From an uncultured Bacteroidales bacterium (lineage in GTDB: Bacteria; Bacteroidota; Bacteroidia; Bacteroidales; GCA-2748055), in assembly GCA_963764345.1 (NCBI GenBank), contig CAVXSF010000009.1, forward strand, positions 131,116 to 195,115: a stretch of DNA of 64,000 nucleotides, written 5' to 3'. Below are positions 58,953 through 64,000 of this stretch, one piece after another (position 1 is the first letter of the stretch; each line of letters starts with the position of its first letter). The position numbers were made by a program, and so were the translations under genes. The notes beneath the pieces are model-generated. The model saw only the letters and a list, made by a program, of their open reading frames with translations. It ran no database searches and was not told the origin of the DNA.

Positions 58953-60512
58953 TTAATCTGTAAATAAAATCTCGTCGCCATTCTTATCGAAAAGCTTAAA
59001 TTCCAGAATGTTGATAGAGATTGAGGATGTGACTTTAATGACAGTACCAAATTCCTTGCTCCACTCTTTTCTCACCGAGTTGAAAAGGCCTTTATTTAAA
59101 TAGGCGGCGACGAAGGGGTGGGCTGAGATATGAATATATTTGAGTTTGTACTCATCCATCACCCGTACAAGAGTATTCTTAATGGTTTCGGTAAAAAGCA
59201 CAGTTGATTCCACCTTACCTGTTCCAAGGCAGGCGGGACATTTTTCCATAGTCTCGATATGCATCTCGGGTCGTACGCGTTGCCTGGTGATCTGCAACAG
59301 GCCGAACTTGCTCAGTGGAAGAATATGGTGTTTCGTTTTATCTTTGGCCATTATTTCCTTCATCCGCTCATAAACCATTTGTCTATGATCACTTGAGTTC
59401 ATATCGATAAAGTCGACCACAATGATACCACCCATATCTCTAAGCCGGAGCTGGCGTGCGATTTCATCAGCAGCAGCCAGGTTTACCTCCAGCGCATTCG
59501 TTTCCTGATCGGAACCTGATTTGGACCGGTTCCCGCTGTTGACATCGATGACATGAAGGGCTTCGGTATGATCAATAATAAGGTATGCACCGCTTTTAAA
59601 GGAAACCGTTTTCCCGAAGAGGGATTTGATCTGCTTCTCAATACCGAATTTTTCAAAAACGGGTTGCGATCCGTCGTACAGTTTGACTATACGGCTTTTC
59701 TCAGGAGCAATTTCCTGGATAAATTGTTTGATCTCCAGGTATGCAGCAGGCTCATTCACATAGATATTCTCGAAATTACCGTTGAGCATGTCCCGCAGGA
59801 TCACAGTGGTGCGGTTACTTTCACCCAGAATCAGTTTAGGCGTTTTGCCAGGTCTCAGCTTTTCAAAAGCATTCTCCCACTTCAACACCAGTCCCCGGAG
59901 TTCGGTATCCAGTTCGGCCACCTTCTTCCCTTCTGCCACCGTACGGACAATGACACCATAGTTCTTGGGTTTGATGCTGAGAAGGAGATTTTTAAGCCGT
60001 TCTTTTTCTTCCTGGGATTCAATTTTTGACGAAACGGAAACCTTGTCTGAGAATGGGATCAGTACAATGTTTCTGCCCGGTATGGAAACTTCGGAACCGA
60101 GCCGCGGACCTTTGGTGGAAATTGGTTCCTTGGCAATCTGTACAACTACATTTTGTCCCGATTTGAGTATTTCGGTAATCTTCCCGTCTTTATTAATATC
60201 GGATTCCCTTTTGAACTTGTAAAAGGGTATAATTTTCCCTTTCCTTGACAAAGCAAGGTTCATGTATTTATTCAGGGAATTAAACTGAGGCCCAAGATCA
60301 AGATAATGCAAAAATGCATCCTTCTCGTAACCTACATCTACGAATGCTGCATTCAATCCAGGCATGATCTTTTTTACCTTGCCAAGATAAATATCGCCAA
60401 CAGAAAACCGGGTATCCGTTTTCTCCTTGTTCAGTTCGATTAGCCTTTTATCTTCAAGCAAAGCAATTGATATTTCACTGGACGAAGCATCAATTACCAA
60501 TTCATTGCTCAC
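58953..60512 (-). CDS. rng: Rne/Rng-family ribonuclease (RNase G-like)
   Basis: The ORF is 519 aa. It has an N-terminal S1 domain (VGDIYLGKVKKIMPGLNAAFVDVG), the catalytic segment HVIDVNSG and a Zn-link CPACLGTG. Confidence 0.9.
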   Translation of the reverse strand: MSNELVIDASSSEISIALLEDKRLIELNKEKTDTRFSVGDIYLGKVKKIMPGLNAAFVDVGYEKDAFLHYLDLGPQFNSLNKYMNLALSRKGKIIPFYKFKRESDINKDGKITEILKSGQNVVVQIAKEPISTKGPRLGSEVSIPGRNIVLIPFSDKVSVSSKIESQEEKERLKNLLLSIKPKNYGVIVRTVAEGKKVAELDTELRGLVLKWENAFEKLRPGKTPKLILGESNRTTVILRDMLNGNFENIYVNEPAAYLEIKQFIQEIAPEKSRIVKLYDGSQPVFEKFGIEKQIKSLFGKTVSFKSGAYLIIDHTEALHVIDVNSGNRSKSGSDQETNALEVNLAAADEIARQLRLRDMGGIIVVDFIDMNSSDHRQMVYERMKEIMAKDKTKHHILPLSKFGLLQITRQRVRPEMHIETMEKCPACLGTGKVESTVLFTETIKNTLVRVMDEYKLKYIHISAHPFVAAYLNKGLFNSVRKEWSKEFGTVIKVTSSISINILEFKLFDKNGDEILFTD

Positions 60513-60631
60513 TTTTAGTCCTTTTAACTTATACTTTAAATATACAAAATGATATTGGACTATTCAACACAATAAACCTAAAGACCCGCAAGGACCTTTA
60601 GGTTTAAGGACTTTTAAAAAAGACTAAAAAA

Positions 60632-60724
60632 TTATCTCTTCTTTTTGTGCCTGTTTTTCCGCAAACGTTTTTTCCGTTTGTGCGTTGCCATCTTATGTCT
60701 TTTTCTCTTTTTACCGCTAGGCAT
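60632..60724 (-). CDS. 30-aa Lys/Arg-rich peptide, candidate tiny ribosomal protein (bS22-like); not in the ORF track
   Basis: My translation of the minus strand is ATG(60724)...TAA(60632) = MPSGKKRKRHKMATHKRKKRLRKNRHKKKR. It lies 17 nt downstream of hup on the same strand. It is below the 60-aa cut-off of the supplied track. Confidence 0.55.
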   Translation of the reverse strand: MPSGKKRKRHKMATHKRKKRLRKNRHKKKR

Positions 60725-60741
60725 AACCAAATGAGTTTAAA

Positions 60742-61026
60742 CTATTTTACGTTTGATTTTACTTTACTTACGAATGTCTTCGCAGGTTTAAAGGAAGGAA
60801 TGAAATGTTCAGGAATAATGATAGTTGTATTCCTGGAAATGTTCCTGGCGGTTTTTTGCGCCCTTCTTTTTACGATGAAGCTTCCAAATCCTCTGAGGTA
60901 TACGTTTCTGTTTTTACTCAGGGAGTCTTTAACAGTTTCCATAAAAGCTTCAACTGTTTTTTGTACAGTTACCTTTTCAATTCCTGTGTTTTTGGAAATT
61001 TCGTTTACGATATCTGCTTTAGTCAT
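60742..61026 (-). CDS. hup: HU-family DNA-binding protein
   Basis: This 94-aa ORF reads MTKADIVNEISKNTGIEK...VYLRGFGSFIVKRRAQKTARNISRNTTIIIPEHFIPSFKPAK. Confidence 0.9.
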   Translation of the reverse strand: MTKADIVNEISKNTGIEKVTVQKTVEAFMETVKDSLSKNRNVYLRGFGSFIVKRRAQKTARNISRNTTIIIPEHFIPSFKPAKTFVSKVKSNVK

Positions 61027-61164
61027 TTTAAAACACTTTAATTATCAATGAATTACAATTATCTTTTCAATTGGAGATGCAAATATAATTTTTTTATCCC
61101 GATTAATAAAATACAAATCCATTATTTTTGACGGTGAACGAGAGAATATTTTCAATTCAAGTGA

Positions 61165-62224
61165 ATGGAAATTAATAAGATATTGCTGAAATGGTATGAA
61201 GAGAACGGCCGTGACCTCCCATGGCGAACTACCTGCAACCCTTATAAAATATGGGTTTCAGAGATAATCCTTCAGCAAACCCAGGGTCATTCAGGGCAGG
61301 AAATATTATGAAAGCTTCCTGCAGCGTTTTCCCGATGTTTTTTCGCTAGCCTCAGCCACGAGTCGAAGAGGTTCTTAAAATATGGCAGGGTCTTGGGTAT
61401 TATTCAAGGGCAAGGAACATGCACGCCACCGCTGTTGATATTGTCCATAACCATAAGGGTGAATTTCCCGGCAAGTATAAGGAGTTGTTGCGTCTCAAAG
61501 GTATTGGCCCTTATACAGCAGCTGCCATTGGCTCCATAGCCTTCGGTGAAACAGTACCTGCTGTTGACGGTAATGTAAAACGGGTCGTCAGCAGGATTTT
61601 CGGTATCAGTCACGATATTAAATCCCGTAAGGGTCTTGAAGGAGCTGGAGTATGCAGCCCGTGAAATCATGGATAAAGATCAGCCCGGTAAGCATAACCA
61701 GGCTATAATGGATTTCGGGGCTATAGTTTGCCGGCCAAAAAATCCGGATTGTCAATCCTGTGTTCTCAACCATGAATGCTATGCTTTTCATAATAATATG
61801 GTGGACCGGCTTCCGGTCAATGTGCAAAACAAACAGATTCGCAGTCGTTATTTTTACTACTTCATTATCAGGAAAGGCGACCACATATATATAGAGCAAA
61901 GGAAAGAGAAGGACATCTGGAATCTCCTGTATCAGTTTCCGCTAATCGAATCCGACACAGAGCTGACCCATGATGAGATCATCAGGCGGATGGTAAATAC
62001 CTGGTTCAGTAAAACCTATGTACCTGAAATCACGAAAATTTCAACCACGTTGAAGCATCAGCTCAGTCACCAGCTGATAGCTGCACAGTTTATTCATCTC
62101 ACGGCTGGAGGAAAAAGATTCAGCGCCTGATGCAGCCGGCCTCATTGAGATCGCTGAAGACAGGCTTGATGGTTATGCTATTCCCAGGCTGATCGAGAAA
62201 TACCTCTGTGAGTCGGATGAATAG
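61165..62224 (+). pseudogene. mutY: A/G-specific adenine DNA glycosylase MutY, interrupted by four +1 frame changes as sequenced
   Basis: My hand translation runs across four frames. Frame 1: MEINKILLKWYEENGRDLPWRTTCNPYKIWVSEIILQQTQ. Frame 2: VIQGRKYYESFLQRFPDVFSLASA. Frame 3: EEVLKIWQGLGYYSRARNMHATA...LKGIGPYTAAAIGSIAFGETVPAVDGNVKRVVSRIFGI. Frame 4: ELEYAAREIM...AIMDFGAIVCRPKNPDCQSCVLNHEC (the Fe-S cluster loop). The final stretch reads DAAGLIEIAEDRLDGYAIPRLIEKYL, ending at TAG 62222-62224. Confidence 0.85.
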
Positions 62225-62720
62225 GTGGTGGCGTGGTAAAGACTTATGTTTACAGGCAACTGTGGGGTCGATTGACGGTATGTACATGTTTCACTAAGAT
62301 TTTCATTCCAGGCATGGATCTGAACAGTCATCAGATCTGTCCCTGGAGGAAAAATCCAGGTAGCAATAATATTAATGTATAAGGTCATGAAGGAGGAATA
62401 GGCTTCAGTATTCTCAGTGTGCCCAAAAACATATTGTGTCTTCACCCTGCAACGATCACTTATTCAGCTATCCGGCCGGGGAGAGAAGATGACCGGAGGG
62501 TTGCTGTCACTATCCCTGACAGCCGAATCAGAAAGAGAGCTGTTTAGTTATGAAGTTAGACAGCTTTAATGAAAACAGTTAAACCGACTTTTTATATAAA
62601 AGCATAAAATTTTTCATCTTGCATTACCGGAGAAGGGGAGCTGCAAAAACGAGGACTTTGCCATGAAGGCCGGAAAAACCAAAACGGTCGTTTTTCATGC
62701 ATAGTTCTCCCTGTAACCAT

Positions 62721-62728
62721 TAATTTTG
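62721..62728 (+). promoter_or_regulatory. Candidate -7 promoter box (TAnnTTTG) for ssb
   Basis: TAATTTTG lies 29 nt upstream of the ssb ATG at 62757. This is a motif match only. Confidence 0.35.
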
Positions 62729-62756
62729 TATCTTTACAGTTCTAAATTGTAATGTT

Positions 62757-63254
62757 ATGTCAGTGAATAAAGTAATCCTAATTGGAAATGTTGGTAAAGA
62801 TCCGGAAACCCGTTATCTGGAAGGAGGTACAGCCGTTTCAAAATTCTCCCTGGCTACCTCGGAAACCTACCGAAACAGGGATGGTGAAAAAATTACGACA
62901 ACAGAGTGGCATAATATTGTTGTGTGGAGAGGACTTGCAGAAGTATGCGAAAAATATGTAAAGAAAGGTTCCCAGCTATATATTGAAGGACGTATTAAGT
63001 CGCGTTCATACAACGACAAGGACGGCAATACCCGGTACATTACCGAGATTGTCGGAGACAACATGCAAATGCTGGGCAAGCGAAGCGATGACCTACAGGA
63101 GAATGCGTCAGGAGGCGGATCCTATCAGCAGGAGTCCGGAAATTCTTCGGCCACAACTCAACAGGCTGAATCCCCGGCCCAAAACACCGGAAAAGACGAT
63201 ACATACAACGAGCCGAACGAAGGAACAAATGAAGCTGATGACCTTCCGTTCTGA
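62757..63254 (+). CDS. ssb: Single-stranded DNA-binding protein
   Basis: The OB fold reads NKVILIGNVGKDPETRYLEGG...TEWHNIVVW. It has a Gly/Gln/Ser-rich linker and an acidic C-terminal tip DDLPF. Confidence 0.95.
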   Translation: MSVNKVILIGNVGKDPETRYLEGGTAVSKFSLATSETYRNRDGEKITTTEWHNIVVWRGLAEVCEKYVKKGSQLYIEGRIKSRSYNDKDGNTRYITEIVGDNMQMLGKRSDDLQENASGGGSYQQESGNSSATTQQAESPAQNTGKDDTYNEPNEGTNEADDLPF

Positions 63255-63290
63255 TTTTAATCTTAACCTGAATTCCTATTGGACTCAGAA

Positions 63291-64000
63291 GTGAACTTAT
63301 CGGGCATTCAATCACTGTTATCCATCCATTTGAATCCAGTCACTCCCGGAATTATCATCGGACTGATTGCCATTGTGATTCTACTGATCGGATCGGCGGT
63401 CATGTCAGGATCGGAAGTAGCATTCTTTTCTCTCAATCCAGGCCACCGAAGCAAACTGGTACACATGCATACCAATGCTTCAAGACGTGTTATTCAGCTC
63501 CTTTCCAAGCCTGAACGTCTGCTTGCAACTATTCTGATATGCAATAATTTCATCAATATAGGCATTGTCATCATCTCAACCTATATCACAACCACGCTTT
63601 TCGACTTCACTGAAGGCCCCGTTTGGGCTGGTTTTGTCATTCAGATCGTTATTGTCACCTTCCTGATCCTGCTGGTTGGTGAGATAATTCCAAAACTGTA
63701 TGCAAACCATCAGGCGCTCAGGTTTTCCCTCTTTATCTCCTACCCTATAATGCTAACCGATAATATATTTTCCCCGGTGAGCCGCCTTCTCATCCTTTCA
63801 ACATCACTGGTCAATAAAAAACTCGCCTCAAAAAAATCGAATATCTCCATGGGTGATCTTTCCGACGCCCTCGATCTTACCACCGGGGTGGTGACCGAAG
63901 AGAAAAAAATCCTGAAGAGTATTGTCAGATTCAGCAATACCGAGGTGGATGAAATCATGCGTCCAAGGATGGATGTTGTGGCCGTTGATATCAATACCGA
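63291..64000 (+). CDS. CNNM/CorC (DUF21 + CBS) family membrane protein, GldE-like; the 3' end lies outside the window
   Basis: The frame is open from 63267 to the window end. My translation is ...IIIGLIAIVILLIGSAVMSGSEVAFFSLNP...LLATILICNNFINIG...GEIIPKLYAN...ILKSIVRFSNTEVDEIMRPRMDVVAVD. The start is uncertain (GTG 63291, TTG 63279 or ATG ~63401). The position after ssb matches what I recall of gldE in Flavobacterium. Confidence 0.65.
   Translation, partial: MNLSGIQSLLSIHLNPVTPGIIIGLIAIVILLIGSAVMSGSEVAFFSLNPGHRSKLVHMHTNASRRVIQLLSKPERLLATILICNNFINIGIVIISTYITTTLFDFTEGPVWAGFVIQIVIVTFLILLVGEIIPKLYANHQALRFSLFISYPIMLTDNIFSPVSRLLILSTSLVNKKLASKKSNISMGDLSDALDLTTGVVTEEKKILKSIVRFSNTEVDEIMRPRMDVVAVDINT

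Noticed and set aside
60576-60607. A hairpin, ACCTAAAGACC-GCAA-GGACCTTTAGGT, between rng and the small basic ORF, considered as a terminator for hup and the 30-aa ORF.
   Set aside because: The stem has an internal mismatch pair. On the minus strand it is followed only by TTATTGTGTT rather than a clean U-tract. It is plausible but too weak to list as a feature.
62173-62445. A 90-aa minus-strand ORF between mutY and ssb.
   Set aside because: It overlaps the frame-corrected 3' end of mutY, has no motifs, and has an odd composition. It is probably spurious.

Overview
This 64-kb window looks like a Bacteroidota chromosome segment. Supporting signs are a PorP/SprF gene, two T9SS type-B C-terminal domains, a GldE-like gene and TAnnTTTG -7 boxes. 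Roughly 45 kb is ordinary housekeeping or envelope coding sequence: manA, engB, prs, rplY, pth, a two-component pair, hslR-like, BASS transporter, PlsC-type acyltransferase, SDR, VOC, nitroreductase, OmpH, GT2, ftsB-like, pruA, Fe/Mn SOD, an OlsF-like fused acyltransferase, LysE, lnt, a second ECF sigma module, dsbD, rng, hup, mutY, ssb and gldE-like.

The centre (17.1-39.6 kb) is a cell-surface locus with three parts. (1) An ECF sigma gene is translationally coupled to a single-pass membrane ORF. After one frame correction, that ORF seems to run into a 2xPKD + type-B T9SS CTD protein. (2) A gene of about 17 kb (about 5,670 codons) encodes a SprB-like giant adhesin built from nested repeats. 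(3) A PorP/SprF gene follows.

The least explained signal is a family of five non-coding, G-rich mosaic tandem-repeat arrays totalling about 4.7 kb (7% of the window). They share left and right termini and all lie in the same orientation. Three of them bracket the sigma / giant-adhesin / sprF genes. I cannot assign them to any element class I know.

Caveat: the sequence carries clustered single-base frame disruptions. There are at least 20 in the giant gene, 4 in mutY, and 1 each in manA, the anti-sigma/PKD junction and a TAT-signal hydrolase-like gene. Most are +1 (one extra base). Consensus error and genuine gene decay cannot be separated from the sequence alone. All family names are from my own reading of the translations; no database search was run.
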